Source: Flectonema sp. DT1601 | Taxonomy: Eukaryota | Reading direction: 5' to 3' | DNA length: 64,000 nucleotides | NCBI GenBank assembly: GCA_964019425.1 | Contig: OZ025800.1 | Coordinates: 744,001 to 808,000, forward strand | Shown here: one piece after another, positions 47,956-59,591 of the stretch | Position numbering within the stretch: position 1 is the first letter of the stretch | How the letters are laid out: the number at the start of each line of letters is the position of its first letter | Program-made: the position numbers and the translations under genes | The notes under the pieces: generated by a model | Seen by the model: only the letters and a program-made list of their open reading frames with translations | What the model was told of the DNA's origin: nothing | Database searches by the model: none

Positions 47956-49878
47956 CTAGTCAGAATCAACATCCATGTCAGTTGGACCAGAGTTGTTGCT
48001 GGTCTCGTCTTCATCCGATTCTTCATCTTCTTCAACTTCTTCATCTGAATCTTCGAAGTCTTTGGATTTCTGTTTTTAATTTTTGTAATAACAAACAATA
48101 ACCTGATTCCTTTAAGAAGTACAATCACACACCCAATACTCATAAAACCCGTATGTCCATCTGTTATTACTTTCACAATCAACATTCTCATCATCGCTCA
48201 GGAGATCGATGTCTGCCATTTTGTCTTTCCAGTCCTCTCTTATCCACGATACTCTAAACTTTCCAGGTTTAATGACACTGTGGTTAGTGTTGATTGTTGA
48301 TAATTATTATTAGTAAGAATTTATTGTGTTTCTACATACTCTTTAACAACTGCCCATGCCCAAACATTTTCCACCCAGAGACTTAATTCGGTTCCTTCAC
48401 GGACACCACTTGCTCCGATTACTTCGCGTGTTGGACCGTCGAACTGTTTGTGTTTTTATTCTTTATAAGAAAGTTATGAGAGTCGGAAAACGGTTGTAAA
48501 CAATACATACAGAAGCCTCACTACAGTCATCACACATTTCATTGTTTTCATAAGAATGAGTAAATTGTTTTCGTGCTGTTTCAAAACTGATTGTTGTTCC
48601 TTTTGAAAGGCGATCTTTCATTTCGTTATACCTCCCAAAGAATGGAACTGTTATATTATATTCCTTATCATCGGATTTGTTTTGGTCCACGACGACAATT
48701 TCGTATGTTGAAGAGCACGTCATTGAGACGATGTGTTTGTCTTCAAGGCAATATACCATTTGGGGTATGTGTCGTCTTTCGCGCATATCGTAGTCCTTAC
48801 CTAACAAGGACTTACATTTAACACCCCAGTTCCAAACGGAACCGTCTTCTAATAGCATTGAGTGAAATTGTTTTCCTCCACAAACTTTTTTAATCTTTCC
48901 AACTGGAACTAATATGTCAGTAGGTGTCAAAGAGGTATCTGTTGATGATGCAGCAACACGACCCCAACCTCTTAGTACAGATCTCCCTTTGATGTCGGAT
49001 ATAACAAATGAGGCTTCTGGACCGCTGCCAAGTCGGAAGTTTGTTTCTTCAGATTCTTCGTTTATTTTTATTTCTGTTGGAGACTGCATAGTTCTGATAG
49101 TACCAGTTCCTAAACGGCCATACTCACCAAATCCTGAGGTGTAGATTTGTTTTCCAGATCTGACTATCACATGTTGCGGTCCAGCAGCTATTTCTTCTAC
49201 TTCAACTTCTAAATCGGTTTCAAAAGTTGGGATCTTAGTTGGTTTTGGGATCACACCATCTGGTGGAGGTGCTGCACAACATTGACCATCACCACCATAA
49301 CCCCAAACATAAAAATCACCTTCCTTATCTGTTGCATAAGATGTATTTCCGCTAGCAGTGATACTCGTTGCTTGACTCATCTTTACCGGTTGCGGTTCTA
49401 TTCTTAGCGGTCTGTTTAAAGCCATACCACATTGACCTTTACTATTACTTCCCCATGAAAATACTAATCCCAGATCTGTTCTTGCTAAGCAATGGTGAGC
49501 ACCGCATGCTATTTCTACAACACGTTTCTTGTCGAGTGCCTTGATTGGAATCCACTCGTAGGATTGTTCTAACTTTTTAGGTTCAACACCCAATTGACCA
49601 AAGGCATTACAACCCCATCCATACACTTTAGAGTTAGATCCTAAAATGAGGGTGTGGCGGTGTCCACTTACGATCTGTTTTGGTGTCGTTTTAAAATCGG
49701 AAAATCCCGGCAGGTGGACAGGAAAGTCCAACACCTGATCGGTTCGTGTTTCATTTCCCGGGTTAGAAATATTAACGTCCCCCCAAATATAAGTTTCATA
49801 TTCTGCTTCTTCAGAGTCGCTAACACTCGATGAGTCGCTGTCACTATCGCTATCTTCGGCCTTCCGTTTCCCAGGCAT
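47956..49878 (-). CDS. RCC1-repeat beta-propeller protein with C-terminal Trp-rich beta domain and acidic tail, 576 aa, 4 exons
   Basis: RCC1 repeats (VYGWGCNAFGQLG, IACGAHHCLA...VFSWGSNSKGQCG, GFGEYGRLG). N-terminal basic MPGKRK. Exons 49878-48511, 48443-48340, 48277-48133, 48069-47956 join in phase (1731 nt). Confidence 0.92.
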
Positions 49879-50041
49879 TGTTAATAAGTTATAACTGCTG
49901 AAGGGAACTTAATGTTATTATTTTTTTTTTTTCCCCCGCAAATCAGAATATTATAAAAAGTATCGATAACGAAGTCGCGTGTCGGATTGCATGATTGAGT
50001 TAATCACAACAACTAAACCCATTACAGAACTAAAAAAAAAA

Positions 50042-50104
<63 letters not shown>
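50042..50104. repeat. (AAT)21 microsatellite
   Basis: Perfect trinucleotide run. Confidence 0.95.
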
Positions 50105-50111
<7 letters not shown>

Positions 50112-52420
50112 CAAATGAACGAAAGAGCTAAAGCACGCAGACGTCTTTCGGGGAATCTTTGATTATAGACGGGTTCCTTTTTCGTTTTTTTCATCTCTTT
50201 TCTTTCTAGCAAACATAACACAACTAAAAAAAACCATAATAAATTTCGATAAAAAGCCCATAAAGCGACGCCAAGCGGCGAGGGAAGAACACAGAAGGAA
50301 GTTATCAGTCAGTTTTCACCGTCGAATTCTGAGCTCCTGAAACAGGATTGAATTTCCTAACTAAAAAAGCTCCTTCTCATGGGATGGAAAAAATGAAAAA
50401 ATAAGATCGCCATCCCTGACGCTAGAGAGCTAGACATCGGTGTCTTTTGAGATGTTTGTTGTCGCGTGTCACTCGCACTTATATAAACCTGGAAAAGGAA
50501 AACAAGACACAGGAAGTACCGATAAAATATGCTAGACGATCTTCTGCTGATATGTTCATCGCCAATCGTTTTGCTAAAATTGAAATTAAATAATTTCAAA
50601 AAAAAAAAATAAAAAAAATCGATGCCTCCCTTGTGATAATTTGTTTGTGCACTAAACCGGACTCAAATGCGGAGAAAAATTAAAAAAAATAAAATAACAC
50701 GAGTACGAAGTTAATTTGAATGTTAAAAAGCGGAAGAACAGCAATAAGAAGCTGACATCTATCGAACCACACTTTTGATCGCTTCTCGCGATATCAGTTG
50801 GGAGGAGAATAACGAACCGTACTGAGGAAGGAGAGAATGAAAAAAGGAGAAAAAAAAGCTTGCCTTCTAATTCATTGAAACAAACGAGTGTTACAAGAAA
50901 AAATCAAGCGAATACATATTTACGAAGAAAAACGGATAACCCAGAACAAAATCCACACCAAAAAGAACATAGTTTTCAGGGGTAAAATTGATATTTTTTG
51001 AGGTCAGAAGGATACCGTGAAGACACCCCCCTCTAATTCTAATATTTGTACTTTTAATACCTCATTCCGGAAAGTTGGTGGAAATTTCTTCCTACACAGG
51101 TTCGGGGAACGGGTCCCCAGTGACAACAATCCCTCCTCTTCCAAACTGGTAGAAAAAAGAAAAAAGAAACAATCCCGTTTTTTTTCTTAATCCAAAATCC
51201 TCGGTAGTGATATAACAGAAAAATATCCTAAAAAAACAACAGATGTAAGAATACTCAAAGGATCAGTGTGTTTTTGCTTCTAATTTTTTTCCCCCCCTTT
51301 TCCCCCCCCCCTTTTTTTTTTTTTTTTCTTAGAACCTTCTCACTCAGATAAGAAGTATCACTCTATTAACTAAAAAAATTAACTCTCCTCAATCAAACCG
51401 ATTGGTGATAAAAACAGAAAAAGAGTCCGACCTGAACAATACATTGCGACATCTCCAATCAGAAGTAACTTTTTTAATTCAAAATTAAAGTTCGCGTAAG
51501 GAAGGTCGTAGTTAGTTAGTTAGTCGTACATCAGACATGACATTCATTCAGTCAAAAAAAAAAAAAAAAAAAAGAGAGCACATTGATATACTCTATACGT
51601 ATTATAGACATTTTAACTAATATTTTGTTAAATTGTTTCGTCGCAAGAAAAAAAGAGGTAATATAGAACGAAGAAGAAAATAAAAATATAAAAAAAACAT
51701 GGGAAGGATCGCTCCGAGGTTGCTGCCTTTTTCAAAGCAATTATTTCTAGCTCAAGAAACGGAAATTATGATCAGTCAACCTTAATCTGATTTGCTCTTG
51801 TTTTCTCATTATCAATCTCGCGAACAAAAAAAGGGTTTAAAAAAAAGAGATTAAAAAGAATAGAACAACCAATGTTAGTTCCAATATCGTTTTATCTTAT
51901 CTTTGTAGTGATTTTCTGTTTGCGCTGTCGGCAATCAGACTGAGAGATAATTAATAGTTCATTCTGATGAGTTTTAACAAAAGAATCGATCAACATAAAA
52001 ACAACACTAAGTAATAAGCATAGCAGTTTTTTTTTTTTTTTTTTCTTCTTTTTTTTTTTTTTAGACTAGTTACACAGCCAATTAAATGGACTTAATTTTT
52101 GGTAAGAGATATATCTGTCGCGAACAAGAATTAAGAGGTTTCCGAATGCCAAGAAATACCGCAAGCTGGAAATAAAGGTAAGGAGATACCGTGTGCAGGA
52201 TCCTATCCTGCCACGTAAACAGTGAACTAAAAGTAGGGTTTAGGTGTGAAAATTTAGGTGTTAAAATTAATTAAATCAACCACTGGGTTGGCCCACAGAT
52301 GATGCCTCATACAGCTAGCCATTCTTATTTTATAATGAAACGATGGATTGAATTTAATGAAAACTGATGTTGACAATCCCTCCTTTGTAATTTTACATTT
52401 CCCATCAATATCACTTGAAG

Positions 52421-55400
52421 CTATTCCTTATCAGAACTAGACTTTACAAGTGGAGCAAGCTCTCTTGCTCGTTGATTAGCTGGTGAAAGAGATCCCTCTG
52501 AGGGTTGGGAACTCTGTCGTAATGGAGGGAGAGGAGATCTTAATGGAAGAGGTACTTGTTGATCATCACCGTCATCGTCATGAGGTGGTTCAACTGTAAG
52601 AAGAGTCAGTGTATTCGTCTTTACTGCTGAGACAGCTAAGTTAGATTCCACAACAGTATTTGACAGTCCAATCGTTTCATCGAAATCCTCTTCGTCCGAC
52701 GTAGTATCAATAGACTTCGCTGTTTGTGGATCTAAACCACCTAGCGACCTACTCATCTCTAATTCTTCTCTCACAGTCACATCAAGAGGGTTCTTAACAC
52801 TTGGAGGCAATACAGGCATTCTTATACTGTTCGCAGTCAGTGTTGGTCTCCTCAGTGAAGGTTGAGTTGTCTAGTAATTGTTAATTTAAAAAAGATCATT
52901 ACATTCCAAACACACAAATAATAAATACATACAACTCTACGAGACTCCATCCTCCTACCAATGTATCTTGAGTATCTGTCATCAGCAATTTCTAAGACGG
53001 CCTGTTTTTATATTATTACTCACCTTGACCTTGTCGATGATGTTTAATTGAAAGAAAAGGTACGTTTAAAAAAAGAAAACAAAAAAAGGGAAACATATTC
53101 CGTCTTATCGACCAGAAGACGTTGTCGAGTCTGGTACTCGGAAAACTTGTTTAATTTTTTCCCGTTTGAGAATTCAGAAACGTGCAGCGTCTTTGCGAAG
53201 TATTCTCAAAAGGTTTACGACAACAGCACACCTTCCTAAACCCAGCAGATAACAAGGGATTGCTCTTTACTTTCCAAAGGGGAAAAGCATTATTATTTTC
53301 ATTAAGCGTAACAAGCCCCTACTTTACACCCTTATGGGTACAAGTATGATAACCAAATAAATAAAAACACAAACCTGTAAGCAATGAGGGTAATTATCAA
53401 CCGCCCAACTAAACCCACGCTGGTCTAAAACGTATACCTGACAATAAGTCTTTGCTGTGATGGTATATGGTGATGGAATGCCAAATAGTAAGGGAAGCTC
53501 ACCAAAGAACGCTCCCTCACTTAAGACAGAAGTTGAAGAATGAGACATTACAACACTACCTCTTGTGATCATATAGAAGAATGATGCAGGTTCACCATGA
53601 GTGATGATTACAGAATTAGGTGTGAATGCTTGAAGACGAAGTTTAGAAACAACGTCTGAAATAAAAAGATCATTTGCCTCATTATAAAGCATGGGAACAG
53701 ATTCTAACACATGAGCGTTCAAATGATACGACAGAGTTGATCTGAGATCTGCTGGGAGTGGCCAAGATAAAGCATCAAAGTCAGAACCAGTGTGATTCCC
53801 ATCAAGTAAGAAGTCATACTGACTAACGTGATATGTTCTTGTTGATCCCCACAAGAATCTAACGTATCCGATTACTTCTGCTCGGTACTGTGCTGGAAGT
53901 TTTCGTTCAACAAGAAAGATCTTTAGCTGCTCAACTAGTCGCTCATATTCTTTTTGATTAGGATTTGTAGAATCAAGTAAAACAGCAACATAAGCAATGA
54001 CGGTTGCCCAGACGGCAACACCTGCAAGTTGAGCTACCATGACCACTAGTGTCTGGGGATCACTCTGCGGCCAACGACAACCGTATCCCGACATTGCTCG
54101 TATTGCCCAATCAAAACAAGTTGTATATCTGTATAACAAATCCTTATCCTCAAAGGTGTTACTATCTAATTGAAAATATCTCAAATACTGATCACCATTA
54201 CCCTCCTCATCAATGTTTGATGTCCATAATATCCAATGTAATGCAGCAGCTGACATGTGAAGAATAAAGAACACTCCTAGTAATAGCTTTACGGCTTGGA
54301 CTCTAATTGGGGATATTTGTGACATGTGTCTAGCAACAAATGCGGTGAATAACTGATTAAATGATAACATGTTCAGTAGTCGATTGGCGCGAAAGGGAGG
54401 ATCCCAAATCATGTTAGCATCCCAAGCAAATAGAGCAGCAAGAAATTCTATCGGAAAACACGCTAGCACTGACACAGCAAATGCAACCGTTTTGTAGTAG
54501 TGTGGAGTACTTCGAAGGGTTGTTGCAATTGATATCCAGTAGACTGAAACATCTGCAACCCATTGGAGCACTGCCATAAATATCGAATATGGCAAATCAA
54601 ACCCAATATGTAAAGGAATATTAACACAATTAAATACTAACACTGCTATCTTTAGGGTATTCCATATATCTTTGTGAAGCAATCGAGAAGCTGCTCGTTT
54701 ATCATCTTTCTCTTGTTGTTCACTTCTTGTTACTAATGTTAACCTCCGTAGACGAACTTCCTTTCTCTTATCGAGGTTGGTTGACGCGCTGTTAAATTCA
54801 CCAATTGTTTGAAGCATTCCAGCGGTGTTGTCGTCATCCACTAATTCAACTAACTGAGCAAGTCTTCCATCTTTCCATTCTTCCATACTGGAGACGGGAA
54901 GTTTTTGTAGTGCGACAGCGAATATAGACTGCCTGAATTGATATAAATGTTCTGTACTGCTCTTAAAGTCGCTCCTCGGATGTGGTCCAATTCCCTGGAA
55001 TAATCCTCGACTGCGAAGCATTTCACCTGCTGAGACTGCCATCGTTTCAGTGATGTCAAAGCAGTCGACTAACCAAGCAACAACATCAGCCCCCACAAAT
55101 ATATTATCAACTTTGCTCATACAACCTGTTCGTTTCGAATGTAAGAAATGTTTTGATACGTGATTGCTGAAAACAGCAGCGAATCTTTCCAGTCCGGTTT
55201 CAGCTTTTTCTGCTGCTTTTTCAGCAGCTTTCCAGGCGTCTTCATCTACAATCTGTTGAGCAGGGCTAAATAAATTAGATGAAGATGATACCATTGTCAT
55301 TACAGGATCAGCTGCACTAAACACGTCGCGTGATTTCCTTCTTGCTGATGGGATGGCTGCCCTAATCAATTCAGCTAAGTTGCTATTTTCAGACTTTAAA

Positions 55401-57241
55401 GTTGCAGCAATAGATGGCCTGGGACCATGTCTAAAGGTAGGCATCGCGTCTGCGGGCTGAATGCAAGTGTCCGATTGATTGAGAGCGTCTTTAGTTCTTC
55501 CTGATAAGACGTTGTTTAAATGCTCCAAAAGCCATTTCATTGGCACTCCAGCTGGGGGACTCTCGCTCATGGACTCAGCGATTGCAACGGCGCCCTCATG
55601 CTCGCGAGCATTGACTGCGGAATTGATATCGAGTAATGGTTCTATTCTGGCATCCGCAGTTAAAACATAAACAGTTTTATGTGGACGTGGATTTGGAACA
55701 CCCTGAGGTTTTAATCCACCCTTCTCAGGCACAACTACATCAACAAGAGGAATAGCCCGAAGCCCACTTGGAGAACCATTCGGAATAGGAGATAAACAAG
55801 GTTCCCTATTTTGATTTGCCTGACCGGGTACTTCTAATGGATTGAATGATAAGACCTCAGCTCCTATTTGTCTTCCAAAAAGAGCCAAGTTTCTTGCAAT
55901 GTCACGCTGTGTTGATATAATACCGTGTACTAACGCACTCCTTCCTCTGACTCTACTCATTCCAGTAAGACAATCACCTGTTGATATACCAACACTCCAT
56001 GAGGGTTTTCTTTCAGTAATACTGCTGCTGTTGTGAGGTGCTTTGAACATTTGAACTAAACTTGAACAGAATGAAAGAATTCTTATATTCAATTCCTTGC
56101 CGCCAACCCACCAGACGTTGCAGCTGTTCGATCCAGCCCACTCTAGTCGGGCTCCGTATGCGTGACACATGTCCGCTATGCTCTCAAATGTCGTTGAGTT
56201 TTCAAAAGAAATATCTAACCTTTCTTTATAATCAACAACCACAGTTAAGAATGTACAGGTGTGACGCTTCCATGGTTCGAAGGTGACATTTCGTGAAAGG
56301 TTTGGAGTACCATGAGGATCGGTACTACTTCTCTCTGATGCTTTATGTGAAAGTGTTCGAAGAGGAAGCGGAGTAGTATCAGATCGATCCCTTGAGAAGG
56401 TTCTAGATGAAGGAGATGGTATTGTAAAGTTAACTCTTGCTCTTGCAGTCGCCCCCTCACTTAAGTGAGAACCAGTAGAGACACAAAGTGGGTCGACTTC
56501 TGGTGCACTCAAATGAAGTGGTGGCATTCCTGGTGATAATACAGCAGGGAGTGGTCCAGCTTCAGTACCTGATGGCTCTGCGAATATAAAAGCTCTTCCT
56601 GATCTTCTTCCAACAGCTGGCGCTGAACACATCTCTCCATCTTCATCTTCTCCTATAGGGGTAACAAATTCAGTGTTGAGTCGATCACATTCACCGAAAT
56701 CATTTATAGCTAGTTGGAGGTGTTCAATAATTCGAGTTCTGGCACATTGAGCACCAAAACCAACGCACTTAATTTCATGTGGTATAAGTGGATTATATAT
56801 CTCCATACAGGTGTCAGGGAGTTCAGGTATGAACCCCCAAGCTGCTTCACGACCAATTGATACCAAATGATGAGATAAATCACGTAGAGGAATAGAAAGG
56901 GTTTTATCAATAAATAATTTCAACAAAAAGCACAACGACAACGACAGAACTAAAGCCACAGCAACAGCTGGCCCAACCATACTAACATCTGGTGAGGAAG
57001 AACACGAAGACGATAGTTGTGAGCAAAGAAGATCAGCCTCATTAAGTCCTAATAAGGTACTACTCATGACTTTCTCAACACACGAAAATTGATTATAATT
57101 TATACTTCCTCGTGAGATCTGCTCAATCCCGAGAGCTGCTCCGATTGTCACTAACGAGATTCCAACCTGCGCAGCGAATATAATTCGCGAGGACTGATAT
57201 CCACGAATGTCCTCCATCTGAACATCCTCCTCTGAGAACAT
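52421..57241 (-). CDS. Fusion protein: 2TM + HAMP-like + degenerate class III nucleotide cyclase + DEP + 6TM cation channel + cyclic-nucleotide-binding domain, 1461 aa, 3 exons
   Basis: Exons 57241-53375, 53001-52933, 52870-52421 are all phase 0. DEP FVGADVVAWL...AVSAGEMLRSRGLF...LYQF. S4-like FRANRLL. Pore FDWAIRAMSGYG. C-linker LPAQYRAEVIGY...LPADLR. CNBD IITHGE...GAFFGELPLL. Confidence 0.9.
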
Positions 57242-58308
57242 TCAACAACTCTATTGGAATGTCATTTAACGGAAATGTTATTTTCTGAAAGAAAAAGAAA
57301 ATAAATATCACCATCTTGTATTGCACTGAATAGGATCAGGTTCGTGACTTTATACTTTCGATCAATTTTCTTTTTTTTTGTTGCGGGCCTGATGGAAAGA
57401 ACAAAACAAGAAAAAGCATAGAATAAAGTTGGCAATGAGATACTACCGTAAGTGGGGATGGTGGTGACCAAACAGTATTGTAGCTGTAATTCTATTTCCA
57501 GTCTTTGTGTAGAAGACTTTGAAAAAAGATAATTTCTCAGTACGACGTGTGAATTCTCTTTTTGTGGTTTAAAGTGCTCAAACTTTCAAACCAAAAAAAA
57601 AAAAAAAAAAAAAAAAGAATTTAAATATAAAAAAAAAAAGAAACTAATAATAATAACGTTCTACGATCAAAAACAAATAAAATAAAAATTGACCTCTCAA
57701 AATCCTTTTTTATATTCCTAACGGAGGAAAGAAACTAGGATTTAAACTTACTATAAAAAAATGTTAGAGCTTTCCTATACTACTAGAATACAATAAGCTT
57801 AACCAAAAACTCTTTTTTTTTTTCGCCTCCTCATATTTATAAGTAACTAAAAACGTAACTGAATGCGGCGTTGAATGCTGAGCAAAGAGAATAGAAGATG
57901 AACAAACTAAACAAAAAAAAATTAATTTTACGAATCAGAGGCAACTGTTCACTGATGGCAGTTAATCTCAAAGCCGCGAACGGCGATAGAATAATGTGCC
58001 AAATTCTAACAAAAAAAATTGAAAAAAAAAAAAAAAAAAAAAAAGAACTCATCGTGAAAATATATTTCCGGGAAATGAACCAAAATTTGAGAGTTCAAAG
58101 AAACGTAACCCAAAAACGCGCGGAGGGAAAAAAAGAAAACAAAACAAAGTAGGGGACTAATATTAAAAAAAATGAAGGCTGGAGAACAAACAAAAACATA
58201 AGAAAATAAAAGCGCTAGAGGATAGTAGCAACGCTGATTACATGAACGCAGGTGCTGCCCGCATACGATTGAATAAACATCCTTATAACGTTAGAAAGGA
58301 TAATTCAA

Positions 58309-59214
58309 CTACGAGAAAATGGCTATAGAATTCCTTATAGTCATATTACAAATAGGGCATTCTGTGATTGTCTTACTGCAGAGAGTGCATGCAGCCCAAT
58401 GACCACATGGTGAGAATGCTATCTCACGAGGGTTGTCATTACACACTGCACACTTTGGTTTACAAACATCATCCGATGAGGGTGATTTTAAATCTAATTG
58501 ACTTGTCTCAGATAATAAGATTTCATCCGCATCTTCAATTTTCCGTTGCTGTTCTTGCAAATCAGATTCTTCCTTTGCTCGTCTTGCCATCTGAATACGA
58601 CAAACCTCTCTGTGACTGGTATAAAAAGTTGGGTGAATCTGAAGTTTACAAACTGCACATTTATTCACCGCCTTACCCGATACGTATAAATGTTCCCTTA
58701 CTTGCTCTCGACACATTGGACAGGTTGTTATTTTCGAAGCACACCTTTTACAACAAGACCAATGGCCACATGGTACGAATGCTACTGAACGCTGTTTCGT
58801 AAGACAAATAACACATTCATCTCCTTCTTCAAAAGATGACTCAGAAGATGATGCGACTGACGGTGTTTGTTGTCTGGCCTGCTGTTGAATTCGGCATACC
58901 TCAGTGTGACCTTCAAAAAGGGTCGGGTGGATGTATTCTAAACAGATCTGACACTGCATTGGTCTATTTAATAAATATTCCAATCCAGAACTAAATGCAG
59001 CGATGTTATTCATATCTATCGCAACTGATTGACCGTTCAAAGCTGCTTCAAGATTTAATGCCCCAACTGAAACAGATACACCTGGCTGATCAGATCTTGG
59101 CTGATCAGTTCCCCGTTGAGGAGATACTTTCCGGGTAATATGAAGAGCAAAAGCCATCACTGCAAGTGCCGCTGCGATTAAGCCTATAAACAGTGCATAC
59201 ATCATCATCATCAT
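58309..59214 (-). CDS. Membrane-anchored double RING-HC E3 ligase-like protein, about 301 aa
   Basis: N-terminal TM. RINGs CVICLTKQRSVAFVPCGHWSCCKRCASKITTCPMCR and CAVCNDNPREIAFSPCGHWAACTLCSKTITECPICN. Each is preceded by a C-x2-C-x11-H-x3-C finger. Confidence 0.92.
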   Translation of the reverse strand: MMMMMYALFIGLIAAALAVMAFALHITRKVSPQRGTDQPRSDQPGVSVSVGALNLEAALNGQSVAIDMNNIAAFSSGLEYLLNRPMQCQICLEYIHPTLFEGHTEVCRIQQQARQQTPSVASSSESSFEEGDECVICLTKQRSVAFVPCGHWSCCKRCASKITTCPMCREQVREHLYVSGKAVNKCAVCKLQIHPTFYTSHREVCRIQMARRAKEESDLQEQQRKIEDADEILLSETSQLDLKSPSSDDVCKPKCAVCNDNPREIAFSPCGHWAACTLCSKTITECPICNMTIRNSIAIFS

Positions 59215-59591
59215 TGATGGAGTACTGTTTTCTTTTTGAAGATATAATATTACAACTACTGTACAAAGGAACACCTATCATTATAAACACCACACTGCTT
59301 CCCAACTATTAACATGCTTCTTATTCCCCTGTAAGTAAGGAAGTATCAAAAGTAACATATGAACCATATTATTAAATGCGCCACACTGCTGTCGTCAGGC
59401 TGGATAGATGGGCCGAGCAGCGGCGGTCGCCATAAACTAACAAATTGATAAGACTGAAGACTTGACTGACAAGTTAAGTCTTTCGAGCGGATGCCTCAAA
59501 TGGAAAAGAAAATTGTTATTTCAAAGAAAATCGAAAGGCACAACCCTCAGACAGGGAATACATAAACCCAAACAGAAAAGACGTAATTTCT

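Noticed and set aside
50740..50810. GGTTCGA on the minus strand suggesting a tRNA T-loop
   Set aside because: The flanks do not form a T-stem or cloverleaf.
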